This document shows positions 50,717-60,152 of a stretch of DNA of 64,000 bases, piece after piece. Position 1 is the stretch's first letter, and the number at the start of each line of letters is the position of its first letter. A program made the position numbers and the translations under genes. This DNA is from an uncultured delta proteobacterium (lineage in GTDB: Bacteria; Myxococcota; Myxococcia; Myxococcales; Myxococcaceae), in the NCBI GenBank assembly GCA_963771175.1, contig CAVYSY010000033.1, forward strand, positions 32,001-96,000, read 5' to 3'. The notes under the pieces were generated by a model. The model did no database searches. It saw only the letters and a program-made list of their open reading frames with translations, and had not been told where the DNA came from.

Positions 50717-53051
50717 CTACTGGAGGGCCTGCGCCAGATCCACCGTCTTCTCGGCGGTCCGGCTGTCGGCCTTCACCTCGATCTCCACCGGCACCGATTC
50801 CCGGAGCGACGGGGCGCGCAGCTCCAGATGGTGCGTCCCCTCCGCCAGCTCGTACCGCTGCCCGGACTGGAAGAGGAAGAGCTTCTGACCCTCGCGGTAG
50901 ATCTCGAGCCCGGGGATCTTCTTGTTGGGCTGCAGCGTCAGGCGGAAGAAGCCCATCTTGAACTCCTCCCGGATCGTCTTCGTCTCGTTGGGCTCACCGT
51001 AGTCCAGGGGGATCTCCTTGAGGATGCCCCGGTGCTTGTTCTCCAGGATGATGGTGTCCTGGATGTGCGCGCCCGACGCCTGCTTCAGGCTCGTGGTCGG
51101 CTCGGTGGCCATTTCCGTGATGGGCACGGCGGAACGGCACCGCTCGTGGTGCTTGACCGAGACCTGAACGGGCTCGTTGGACTCCAGGTTGATGAAGATG
51201 TCCTGCCCGTCGATGGCGGTGCTGTTGAGCGTGTCCAGGAGCGGCTGGCGGAAGACGACCGCCGCGCCCACCAGGGCCAACACCACGACCGCCCCGAGCA
51301 GGGTCTTCACCGAAGGCAGCGACCGAGCGCGAGCGACGGGCTCGGACTGGGAAGCGTTGGTGCTGTCCGAGTCCTCGTCGTCGTCCTCCACCTCCTCCAC
51401 CTTCTCGACGATGGAGGACCGCCGACGCGGCGCCTGGGGCATGCTCGTGTGGCTGCTGGTGCTCCGACGGACGGAATTGGACTGAGGAGACGGGGCCGTC
51501 CCCGTGCGCCGCCGCGGAGGCTCGGGCTCCGGGGGCGGCGGCAGCATGGTGCGCTCGGGATCCTCGTCGTCATCCTCGACCGGCCGGTTGCGCGGGTTGA
51601 GCGCCATCGCGGCGCGCGAGGGCCGAGGGGCGGGAACCTCCGCCTCCGGAGCGACTCCGGGCCGCGTCCCCGTGCGCCGCACGGCGGGGGCCTCGGTCCC
51701 CGTGCTCCGCCCCACGTCCACGCGGCTGGTGCTGGAAGGGCGCGCCACGGACGTGTTGCCCGCGTTGGTGCGGCGCGGAGCCTCGGTGCCCGTGCGGCGG
51801 CGGTTGGGCACCTCGGTGGCCTCGGGCGCCTCCCACTCCTGATCGTCCGAGACGTCGCCCATCGGCAGGGTGCCCGAATCCGCGCGCGGTTTGAGCGCCG
51901 AGCGCATGCCCGTCCGCGGCTTCTGCTGCTGCATCTCCCCCGGCGGCGCCTCCCAGTTCATCTCGGCGGCGGAGAGCTGCGTATTGGAGTTCCTGCGCGG
52001 CGACTCGTGGCGGGAGCTGGCTCGTGGCGGCGGAGGCGGCTCCTGGGGCGGAGGCGACGGCACCGCGGGCATGCCCGACACCGACTCGTCGCTCCGGGGC
52101 TCCGGGTTGCCGCTGCGCCGCTCCTCCTCCAGCCGGTCCGCGAAGAGCGTCTCCATCAGCTCGGAGATCTGCACCGAGCCGGCCACCCACCGCTGGCTGA
52201 CGAGCAGTTCCTCCAGCGCGAGCTGGAACTGGCGCGCGTCCCGGTAGCGGTCGTCCGCGGCCTTGGCCAGCGCCGGCATCACCACCGCATCCAGCTCCGG
52301 GGGCACGTCCGCCACCTGCGAGGGCGAGTCGATGCTGCACTCGAGCGCGGCCTGCAGCGTGCCCAGCTCCGTCGTCGCGCTTGAGCGGACGCACGCCGGT
52401 GAGCAGCTCGTAGAGCACCAGGCCGATGGCGAAGATGTCCGCGCGGTGATCCAACGCCTTGCCCGCGGCCTGCTCCGGCGCCATGTAGGCGAACTTGCCC
52501 TTGATGGCGCCCGACTTCGTCAGCGAGGCCTGATCCGCCGCCTTGGCGATGCCGAAGTCCACCAGCTTCACCGAGCCGTCGAAGCTGATGAGGATGTTCT
52601 GCGGCGAGATGTCGCGGTGCACCACCTTGCGCGGGCGGCCCGCGTCGTCCGTGCGCGTATGGGCGTAGTAGAGGCCCTCGCACGCCGCGGCCACGATGCG
52701 GATGGCCAACGGCCGGGCGATCCACCCCCCGGCGTTGTACGCCTTGCGCATCACCCGGCCGAGGTCCTCGCCATGGATGTACTCCATGGCGATGTAGTAG
52801 GTGCCGTTGGCCTCGCCGAACTCGTAGACCTGGGCGATGTTCGGGTGGTTGAAGCTCGCGGCGAGCAGCGCCTCGTGCCGGAACATCTCCACGAACTCCC
52901 GATCCTCGGAGAGGTGCGGGAGGATGCGCTTCACCACGATGTTCTTGGAGAACCCCTCAATGCCCGTCTGGCGCGCAAGCCACACCTCGGCCATGCCGCC
53001 GGTGGCGAGCTTCTTGACGAGCTGATATTTCCCAAAAGATTGAGGGTTCAT
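50717..53051 (-). CDS. Transmembrane Ser/Thr protein kinase (one frameshift near 52370)
   Basis: FGKYQLVKKLATGGMAEVW, VVKRI, HRDISPQN, VDFGIAK, APE; continues in ORF 50717-52315 with linker, TM and extracellular part. Confidence 0.9.
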
Positions 53052-53144
53052 CCCGGGTGGCTCGCCGGGGGGAGCAAGCGCGAAGTGGAAAGCGTCAGAG
53101 CGGTGCATCCTAGGCCACCCGCCGGGGTGAGGCAAAGACGACTG

Positions 53145-53885
53145 ATGGGAAACCACTGGTTCCCTCTAGTGGCCAGCGTGTTGCTGGCCACCAGTGCCGC
53201 GGCCGATCCCCTCCAGGAGCCCACCGACCAGGTGAACGTCGACCCGCGCGACGATCTGCTGGAGCTGTCCTGGTCCGACGCCGAGGAGCGCCTCCAGGGC
53301 AGCATCAGCCCCGCCGTCCCCCGCGAGGGAGAGCCCCTCAAGGTCATCGTCCGGCTCGGCCGCTTCGAGGGCACCCCCTTCGAGGGCCCCATCACCTTCA
53401 CCCTGCGTGAGGCGGGCTCCACCCACGGACAGACCGTCACCGTCCCGCACGGCGAGCAGCACTGGCAAGCCACCTTCACCCCCGAGAACGACGGCCCCCA
53501 CCTGCTCGATGTGAGCTTCCGTACCACCCGGTACAAGGCGCTCCACACCCCCCTGCAGGTGTGGGAGAACGCGCGGGTGCCGCGGCTGTTGGGATGGGGA
53601 GTGCTGGGCCTGGGAGCACTGGTGCTGCTCGGCTACAGCGTGCGCTCCCAGCTCCGGGGTGAGCGCCCGGAGGAGCCAGCGCCTTCCGAGGCACCACCCT
53701 CCATGCCGCTCCCAGAGAATCCGGCAGCGGCCACCTCCGCTGGCCCGGAGGCCGAGGCTCCGCCCTCCCCTGAATCTCCGGCCACGGCGGCTCCCCCTCC
53801 TGGGCCCGAGACCCCGCCCGCTCCCGCGAGTGAGTCCGCACCGGCCGAGCAGGCGGCTCCCAGCGATGAGCCCACCGGCCAGTAA
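53145..53885 (+). CDS. Exported Ig-like domain protein with TM and Pro/Ala-rich tail
   Basis: Signal peptide MGNHWFPLVASVLLATSAAA, beta-rich core, TM LLGWGVLGLGALVLLGY. Confidence 0.65.
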   Translation: MGNHWFPLVASVLLATSAAADPLQEPTDQVNVDPRDDLLELSWSDAEERLQGSISPAVPREGEPLKVIVRLGRFEGTPFEGPITFTLREAGSTHGQTVTVPHGEQHWQATFTPENDGPHLLDVSFRTTRYKALHTPLQVWENARVPRLLGWGVLGLGALVLLGYSVRSQLRGERPEEPAPSEAPPSMPLPENPAAATSAGPEAEAPPSPESPATAAPPPGPETPPAPASESAPAEQAAPSDEPTGQ

Positions 53886-53928
53886 TTTCGATAGGCGCCC
53901 CAGCACCCTCGGGAGGAAGTTTCCTTCC

Positions 53929-53946
53929 CTGTGACGGCCGTGTAAC
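53929..53946 (+). promoter_or_regulatory. Pho-box-like direct repeat
   Basis: CTGTGAC-GGCC-GTGTAAC: two heptamers at 11-bp periodicity resembling CTGTCAY-N4-CTGT(C/A)AY, ~115 bp upstream of the porin/VTC operon. Confidence 0.45.
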
Positions 53947-54062
53947 GCCCTCGGCCGGCGGCTTCCAGGCGCCGAGACGAGAAGACTGTCCGCTCCCGGA
54001 CGTCCGACTCCCGGGCATCCCGGTTGCACCCTCTCCGCGCGGATCGCGGCGAGGAGGAGTGC

Positions 54063-55184
54063 ATGGGCGAGGGGCGATGGGTCGAGAAGGGAAGACGGGG
54101 GCTCCTCGCCGCGATCCTCTTTTTGGGCCTGCCCGTGTGGGCCGATCCGGAAGCGACGGTGGAGGCGCCAAAGCCCGAGGCGGGCGTGGACGCGCCGAAG
54201 CCCGAGGCGGGCGTGGACGCGCCGAAGCCCGAGGCGGGCAAGGTAGAGGAGCCGCTGTCGGAGGGCGGTGAGGGACAGGCGGCTGACGCGAAGAAGAAGG
54301 GGCCCCAGGTGCGCGCCTTCGGGCGCGTCTACGCCCGGGTGAGCGCGGACGAGCGCGAGGGCTACGAGCGCGCGCTGTCCATTCCGTCGGCGCGCGTGGG
54401 CCTGTCCGCGTCACTGTCCCGCCTGGATGCCGAGGTGAGCGCGGACCTGTCGTCCAAGAACATCCTCAAGGACGCCTTCGTGCGCGTCTCGGACAAGCAC
54501 AAGCGGCTGCGCCTCTACGGCGGCCAGTTCAAGGCCCCCTTCCTGGCGCGCGAGCTCGAGCCCTCCTGGCAGCTGCCGGTGATGCAGCGCGGGCTGGTGG
54601 CGGACTACCTCGAGGACACGCACCAGATGGGCGGCCGGCGGCTGGGGTTGATGGGCGAGGTGAGCCTGAAGGACACCTGGAGGCTGAAGGTGTCCGGCGG
54701 CGTCTTCCAGGGCGCCAAGAACGAGGAGCTGGACACGCGGGCCAGCGAGGACGCCGCGCTCCGGGTGAGCGTGCGCCCCTTCAAGATCCTCACCGTGGGG
54801 GTGAGCAGCTACCTCACGGAGGTCTTCCAGGGCACCCGCAATTACGCGGTGGCCGCGGACGCGACGCTGAGCCTGGGCGCGCTGGAGCTGTCGGGCGAGT
54901 ACGTCAACGGGAAGCTCCCCCCGGGGCCCTTCTCCGCGCAGCTGGGGCTGGCCAGCTACACGTTGCCGGTGGGCCAGGAGGGGTGGGCGGTGCAACCGGT
55001 GGTGGGCGCCGAGCTGCTCCAGATCCGCGGCCCCCTGAGGGCGCGGGGCTACAGCTTCGTGGGCGGCCTCAACGTCCTCTACTCGGAGCACTTCAAGGCC
55101 ATGTTCCAGGCCGAGCACGCACTGCGCGCCGGGGACGAGGCGCCGGGCTTCGAGTACGCGCTGCAGCTCGCCACCCGCTTCTAG
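54063..55184 (+). CDS. Outer-membrane porin, phosphate-selective porin O/P-like
   Basis: Signal peptide; ARVGLSA, LKDAFV, GQFKAPFLARELEP, QRGLV; C-terminal LQLATRF. Confidence 0.7.
   Translation: MGEGRWVEKGRRGLLAAILFLGLPVWADPEATVEAPKPEAGVDAPKPEAGVDAPKPEAGKVEEPLSEGGEGQAADAKKKGPQVRAFGRVYARVSADEREGYERALSIPSARVGLSASLSRLDAEVSADLSSKNILKDAFVRVSDKHKRLRLYGGQFKAPFLARELEPSWQLPVMQRGLVADYLEDTHQMGGRRLGLMGEVSLKDTWRLKVSGGVFQGAKNEELDTRASEDAALRVSVRPFKILTVGVSSYLTEVFQGTRNYAVAADATLSLGALELSGEYVNGKLPPGPFSAQLGLASYTLPVGQEGWAVQPVVGAELLQIRGPLRARGYSFVGGLNVLYSEHFKAMFQAEHALRAGDEAPGFEYALQLATRF
54159..54239 (+). repeat. 27-bp tandem repeat x3 encoding V(E/D)APKPEAG
   Basis: Units at 54159, 54186 and 54213; units 2 and 3 identical, unit 1 with two differences. 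Confidence 0.92.
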
Positions 55185-55199
55185 GAACGGAGATCGACC

Positions 55200-55913
55200 A
55201 TGCTCCAGTTCGCGGAAGGAGAAGTCACCAAGCTGCGCCGGGAGTTCAAGCTGGTGCTGGGAACGGACGAGGCGCAGGTGCTGTGCGCGCGGCTGTCCAT
55301 GGCGCTGGGCGAGTACCTCCCGCCGTCCACGCGCATCACCTCCGTGTACTTCGACAAGCCGGGCTACCCGCTGACGCGGCGCGCCCTGGACACGCCGAAT
55401 GACTGCCTCAAGGTGCGCACCAAGGAGTACTCGCCGGACCTGGGCGCCGGCGGAGTGCAGCGGGTGGTGCTGGAGGTGAAGCGCGAGCGCCATGGCGTCA
55501 CCCAGAAGCGCCGCGTGTGGGTGCCGCGCGCGCAGCTCGGGCAGGTGCTCGAGGGCGGCACGCGCCTGCTGCCACTCATCGCCGGGGGCAGCCTCCTGCC
55601 GACGCTCGCGGTGACGTACCGGCGGCACGTGTACCAGAGCTCGCAGTCGTGGCGCGTGACGGTGGACCGGGACATCGGCTTCCACCGGGTGACGCCGGAG
55701 CTGGCGCTCGGCCCGACGACGCTGAGCGCGGAGCGGCTGGGCGAGCCCTTGGTGCTGGACGGGCGCGTGGTGGTGGAAGTGAAGCACCTGGGAGAGGACC
55801 TGCCCGAGTGGCTCTCGGCGCTCAACCCCGGGCGAAAGCCGGCGTACAGCAAGTTCGCCGAGGGGATGGCGAGGGTCCACGACTTCGTCGCGGACGGGAT
55901 TATGGGGGGCTGA
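55200..55913 (+). CDS. VTC-domain (CYTH/TTM) polyphosphate-polymerase-like protein
   Basis: RREFK, SVYFD, KVRTKEY, LEVK, KRR, YRR, RVTVD, EVK and SKF follow the Vtc4-type motif series. Confidence 0.85.
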   Translation: MLQFAEGEVTKLRREFKLVLGTDEAQVLCARLSMALGEYLPPSTRITSVYFDKPGYPLTRRALDTPNDCLKVRTKEYSPDLGAGGVQRVVLEVKRERHGVTQKRRVWVPRAQLGQVLEGGTRLLPLIAGGSLLPTLAVTYRRHVYQSSQSWRVTVDRDIGFHRVTPELALGPTTLSAERLGEPLVLDGRVVVEVKHLGEDLPEWLSALNPGRKPAYSKFAEGMARVHDFVADGIMGG

Positions 55914-55919
55914 GGAACC

Positions 55920-57623
55920 GTGTTCATCGACTTCGAAGGCATCGACGGCAGCGGAAAGACGACCCTGTCCAACCTCCTGGCGGCGCGACTGAGGCGGCTC
56001 GGCTACCGGGTGGCGCACGCGCGCGAGGGTGGAGAGCTGCGCTCGCCCATCGCCCGGCGCATCCGCGAGCTCACCCGCGACTCCAAGCTGCTGGAGATGT
56101 CGCCGCGCACCGAGTTCTTCCTCAACCTCGCCCGGGACGCGCAGCAGCTCGAGGAGGTCATCGCCCCCGCGCTCTCTCGCGGCGAGGTGTGCATCAGCGA
56201 CCGCTACCTCTACTCGCAGCTCGCCCTGAGCGGCGGGGGGCGCGGACTGCCCTGGGAGTCGCTCGAGCCGGCGTGCGAGCTGGCCTCGCAGGGGCTGTGG
56301 CCGGACCTCGTCATCCTGGTGGACGTGGAGCCGGACCTGGCCCGGCTGCGCAAGCGCCTGGGGAAGATCAAGGGCGAGCGGGCCCCGGACTCGGACAGCC
56401 GCAAGGGACTGGCCGGAGCGGGCCTGGCGGTGCGCATGCGCGAGGCCTTCCTCGCCCTGGCGCGCAGGGACCCGGCCCGCTGGCTCGTCATCGAGAACAA
56501 CGACCAGCCGCTGCACGTGCTGGAGCAGCGCATCGTCGACGCGGTGGTGGCGCGGCTGGAGGGGCGCGAGCTGCCGGCGCAGCGCATCAACCCGAGCCCC
56601 ACACCGGTGCAGGTGCCGGCGAAGGTGGACGACGTGGAGGAGCACTTCTTCCGCACGCTGGACGGACTGGAGACGCGCGAGCCCCAGCTCGCGGTGTGGC
56701 TGCTGGGAGGCCTCCCCGGCTTCGCCGCGCACCAGCGGCGGCTGGGCTTCGTGGAGCGCTTCCCGGGCCTCACGGTGCGCAGCCTCACCGGCCTGGATGA
56801 CGAACCGGCCTGGGCCCTGCGCGAGCTGCTGACGGAGGTGGTGCCGCAAGAGGTGGTGGCGAGCCTCGGCACCAATCCGACGCCCCAGGCCATGTCCCTG
56901 CGCGAGCGCCTGTACGGCCACGCACCCGCGGAGGCACTCGCCGGCCTCAAGCGCAACGGCTCGCCCGAGGCCTGGGCCCTGCGCGAGCACGCCCTGCGCG
57001 AGGGACTGCTGGCCGAGGTGCTCTGCGGACTGGCCGGGGTGGACGACGAGCCAGCCTGGGCGGCGCGCGAGCTGGGCGTGCGGCGCGGGCTGTACTTGGA
57101 CGTGGCGCGCAGCCTCACCGGCCTGGACTCGCCCCGGGCGGACGCCCTGCGCGAGAGCCTGCTCTCGCATGACAGGCTGGCGGTGCTGCGCTGCACCCAG
57201 GGCCTGGACACGCCCTTCGCCCGCGAGCTGCGCGTGGCGCTCGAGGACAAGGCACTCAAGCTGGTGCTGCGCTCGCTGAGCGGGCTCACCACCGACGAGG
57301 CCTTCGCCCTGCGTGAGCGCGGCGCGCCCCTGACGAAGGAGGCCCTCGACTCGCTGGATGGACTGGACGACCCGCGGGCCTGGCGGCTGCGCGAGGCCTT
57401 CGTGAGCCGCTGGCCCGCCACGGTGGTGTCCTCGCTCGAGGGGCTGCCGCTGACGGAGCGCGCCGAGGCACTCGTGCTGCGCGCGCTGGAGGCCAGCTCC
57501 GCCCGCCTGCCGGTGCTGCGCAACGCCTACCGCCTCGTCGCCGCCGCCCACGCCGCCACGCTCCCCGGGGAGCACACGGCCCAGCGGATGGCCGCGGACG
57601 AAGCCTCGCCGCCGGCGCTCTGA
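55920..57623 (+). CDS. Thymidylate-kinase-like domain fused to ~10 HEAT-like helical repeats
   Basis: FEGIDGSGKTT, SDRYLYSQLA, PDLVILVDV; C-terminal ~30-aa repeats of type SLxGLDxxxAWxLRE. Confidence 0.8.
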   Translation: MFIDFEGIDGSGKTTLSNLLAARLRRLGYRVAHAREGGELRSPIARRIRELTRDSKLLEMSPRTEFFLNLARDAQQLEEVIAPALSRGEVCISDRYLYSQLALSGGGRGLPWESLEPACELASQGLWPDLVILVDVEPDLARLRKRLGKIKGERAPDSDSRKGLAGAGLAVRMREAFLALARRDPARWLVIENNDQPLHVLEQRIVDAVVARLEGRELPAQRINPSPTPVQVPAKVDDVEEHFFRTLDGLETREPQLAVWLLGGLPGFAAHQRRLGFVERFPGLTVRSLTGLDDEPAWALRELLTEVVPQEVVASLGTNPTPQAMSLRERLYGHAPAEALAGLKRNGSPEAWALREHALREGLLAEVLCGLAGVDDEPAWAARELGVRRGLYLDVARSLTGLDSPRADALRESLLSHDRLAVLRCTQGLDTPFARELRVALEDKALKLVLRSLSGLTTDEAFALRERGAPLTKEALDSLDGLDDPRAWRLREAFVSRWPATVVSSLEGLPLTERAEALVLRALEASSARLPVLRNAYRLVAAAHAATLPGEHTAQRMAADEASPPAL

Positions 57624-57641
57624 GAGGGAAAGGGAGAGCGC

Positions 57642-58349
57642 ATGGACTCATTCTTCTCGGAGCTGCTTCAGGAGTTGACGACGGACGTCTCCCAGCCGGG
57701 CGCGGGCGTGATGGTGCCCCGCCTGCTGGCGGCGGTGGCCATCGGCACGGTGCTCGCGCTGCGGCCCTGGCGCCTGCTGACGCGCAAGCCGCTGCCCAAG
57801 GCGGAGATGATGCAGGCGCAGGTGCTGCTGTGCACCGCGGCGGCGGTCATCACCGCCGTCATCGGCAACAGCACGGCCAAGGCCTTCGGGCTGGTGGGCC
57901 TGGGCGGCTTCGTGCGCTTCCGCTCCGGGCTGAAGGATCCGCGCGACGCGGCCATCCTCTTCCTGATGATCGGCCTGGGCATGGCGTGCGGGCACGGCAG
58001 CCTGGGGCTGGCCGGGGTGGGCACCGGCTTCGTCGCCGTGCTGCTGCTCGTGTTGGACTTCTTCGACAAGAATGAGCCCACCGTCACGAAGCAGCGGATG
58101 CTGGTGTCGGCGCAGGCGGATGACCTGGTGGGCGCGGAGGCGTGGCTGAGGCAGACGCTCGGCGAGCGCAACGTGCTGGTGCGCGGGTGCGCGCTGGACT
58201 TCGACGGGCGGCGGCTGGAGCTCGAGGTGGAGGAGAAGGAGCCGGGGATGCTCGCATCGGCGCTGAGCCGGTCCGTGGGCGGCCCCCTCCGGGGGCTCCG
58301 GTGGTCGGAGCTGCCCTCCAACAAGGGCGGCTGGGAGGATCGGGGATGA
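57642..58349 (+). CDS. DUF4956-like (MgtC-related) membrane protein
   Basis: IGNSTAKAFGLVGLGGFVRFRSGLKDPRDAAILFLMIGLGMACG, followed by a soluble C-terminal domain. Confidence 0.8.
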   Translation: MDSFFSELLQELTTDVSQPGAGVMVPRLLAAVAIGTVLALRPWRLLTRKPLPKAEMMQAQVLLCTAAAVITAVIGNSTAKAFGLVGLGGFVRFRSGLKDPRDAAILFLMIGLGMACGHGSLGLAGVGTGFVAVLLLVLDFFDKNEPTVTKQRMLVSAQADDLVGAEAWLRQTLGERNVLVRGCALDFDGRRLELEVEEKEPGMLASALSRSVGGPLRGLRWSELPSNKGGWEDRG

Positions 58350-59080
58350 GGGGCAGGAAGTGGGCCGCACTGGCGGCGGTGGTGTGTTGGGTGGGGTGCG
58401 GCGAGGGCGGCAGCCTGCCGGACGATGACGACTCGCGGCAGCCGTCCACGACGAACCCGGATGGCACGGTGCCCCTACCGGACATCCCGAGCAAGCCGGG
58501 CCCGACCCAGAGCCTCTGGCCGCTGACACAGGGCACCACGTGGACGTACCGCATCACGGACCCGACGCGAGGCACCTTCGAGAAGCGCGTGGAGGTACTG
58601 GGAGAGCAGACGGTGCCGGAGACGGCCATGAAGGCCATCGCGGTGCGCAGCACGCAACCGCACCTGGAGGAGCTGTCCTGGCAGATCGACATGAACGGGG
58701 TGGTGGTGCGCCTGCGCGAGGAGGACCGCAAGGCGGGCACGCTGGCCCGGGTGACGACCTGGTCGCCCGCGACGGTGAAGGCCCTCTCCGCGGAGCAGCC
58801 CCAGGGGTGGAGCTACACGTCCGACATCCGCGAGCTGACGCGCAACGGTGACGGCTCGACGGAGGACAAGGACAAGACGTACGTGTGGAGCGTGGAGGCA
58901 GTGAACGAGACCGTCACCACCCCGGCTGGCACCTTCACCAACGCCATCCGCTTGAAGCGCGCGCGAGGCGACAAGGAGAACCAGGAGCGCATGTACTGGC
59001 TGGTGCCGGGCATCGGCAAGGTGAAGGAGACCGGCGAGCGGCTGGAGGAGCTCGTCTCCCACGACGTGAAGAACCCCTGA
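58346..59080 (+). CDS. Lipoprotein, beta-rich
   Basis: AAVVCWVGC lipobox; LWPLTQGTTWTY, ETVTTPAGTF, YWLVPGIGKVKE; ATGA overlap with the upstream gene. Confidence 0.8.
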   Translation: MRGRKWAALAAVVCWVGCGEGGSLPDDDDSRQPSTTNPDGTVPLPDIPSKPGPTQSLWPLTQGTTWTYRITDPTRGTFEKRVEVLGEQTVPETAMKAIAVRSTQPHLEELSWQIDMNGVVVRLREEDRKAGTLARVTTWSPATVKALSAEQPQGWSYTSDIRELTRNGDGSTEDKDKTYVWSVEAVNETVTTPAGTFTNAIRLKRARGDKENQERMYWLVPGIGKVKETGERLEELVSHDVKNP

Positions 59081-59267
59081 GACGACATCGCGGTAGCAGC
59101 CGGAAAGCAGGAGGGGCGCACCTCTCTTCTCGACACCTGGAAGCGCGGTAGCCCCTTTTGCCGTCTCTGTCTCCCTCTTTCAGTGATGGATTGACGGGTC
59201 GGCCGCGCATCCCGTGTACTTCCGGGAGGACGTTTCAGGCCCCGTGCGATCCACCGAGAGATGCGAC

Positions 59268-60152
59268 ATGTCCACGCGAGTTGTCAGCCCCCGGCTGGAA
59301 GGCGCACGGCCACGAGTCGGGTTGAGCGTCCTGGCGCTGCTGGCGCTCATGCTCCAGGCCGCGTGCATTACCACCATTGGAGCCCCTCGCGGCGGCCGCT
59401 ATGCCCACGACAACTCCGTCTCGGCCGCCTGCCGGCAGAACCCCGCCAACTGTGCCGCCCTGTCGGGGCGAGAGGCGGCCATCACGCGCATGGCGGAGGC
59501 GGGCACCACCGTGGCGTCCATCGGTGCGGCGCTGCGGGTGCTCGACAACCTGACGAGGGCCTCCATCGAGCAGGCGCTGACGGAGTGCGCCAACCTGGCC
59601 CGCTCGGAGGTCCTCCTGCGCTACCCACGCACGTTCAAGGACCCGGCCCCCGATGCCGACGAGTGCAACGAGTGGACGGTGGACGCCACGGGCAGGAGCG
59701 TGACGTGGGCCATGCGGCTGGGAACGGAGATGCACGAGGTGGCCGCCCGGTGCGCGCAGGAGCAGTTGAGCAAACTGCGCCTGGGCGGCTTCAGCGTCGA
59801 GTCACGTTACCGCTATGACAGCCGCACAGGGCAGTGGAAGCAGGTGAGCCCCCAGGAGGAGCGTGCGCTGGAGGAGTTCGGCAATCGGAGCGAGTTGAGG
59901 GGCTCACTGAAGCCAGACGTGGTCATCCACTCGGGTAACCCGAGCAACGTTCTGGCCGTCTATGACTTCAAGTTCCCCTGCGTCAACCCCGATAAGATAC
60001 AGGGAATCCCCGCGTGGGAAAGCTACGCCAAGGGGCATTCCCACCATGGTTTCACTCAAAAACAGATGTACCAGAAGCTATTGGGCCCAAACGTCAACCA
60101 ACCGGGGCAGAACGTCGCGCGCATTGTCCCCCGATGGGGAGTCATCCCATGA
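59268..60152 (+). CDS. Putative lipoprotein nuclease toxin (PD-(D/E)xK, VRR-NUC/TseV-like)
   Basis: LALMLQAAC lipobox; LKPDVVIH...VYDFKFPC...Q..Y; lower-GC C-terminus; overlaps a DUF3396-like gene. Confidence 0.7.
   Translation: MSTRVVSPRLEGARPRVGLSVLALLALMLQAACITTIGAPRGGRYAHDNSVSAACRQNPANCAALSGREAAITRMAEAGTTVASIGAALRVLDNLTRASIEQALTECANLARSEVLLRYPRTFKDPAPDADECNEWTVDATGRSVTWAMRLGTEMHEVAARCAQEQLSKLRLGGFSVESRYRYDSRTGQWKQVSPQEERALEEFGNRSELRGSLKPDVVIHSGNPSNVLAVYDFKFPCVNPDKIQGIPAWESYAKGHSHHGFTQKQMYQKLLGPNVNQPGQNVARIVPRWGVIP

Noticed and set aside
46720..52380. Split GDPD, moeB-like and Ser/Thr kinase genes
   Set aside because: Same single-base indel pattern with no slippery-site evidence; treated as intact genes.
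54159..54239. 27-bp repeats as a mini CRISPR array
   Set aside because: No spacers; in-frame coding repeat in a porin linker; no cas genes in the window.
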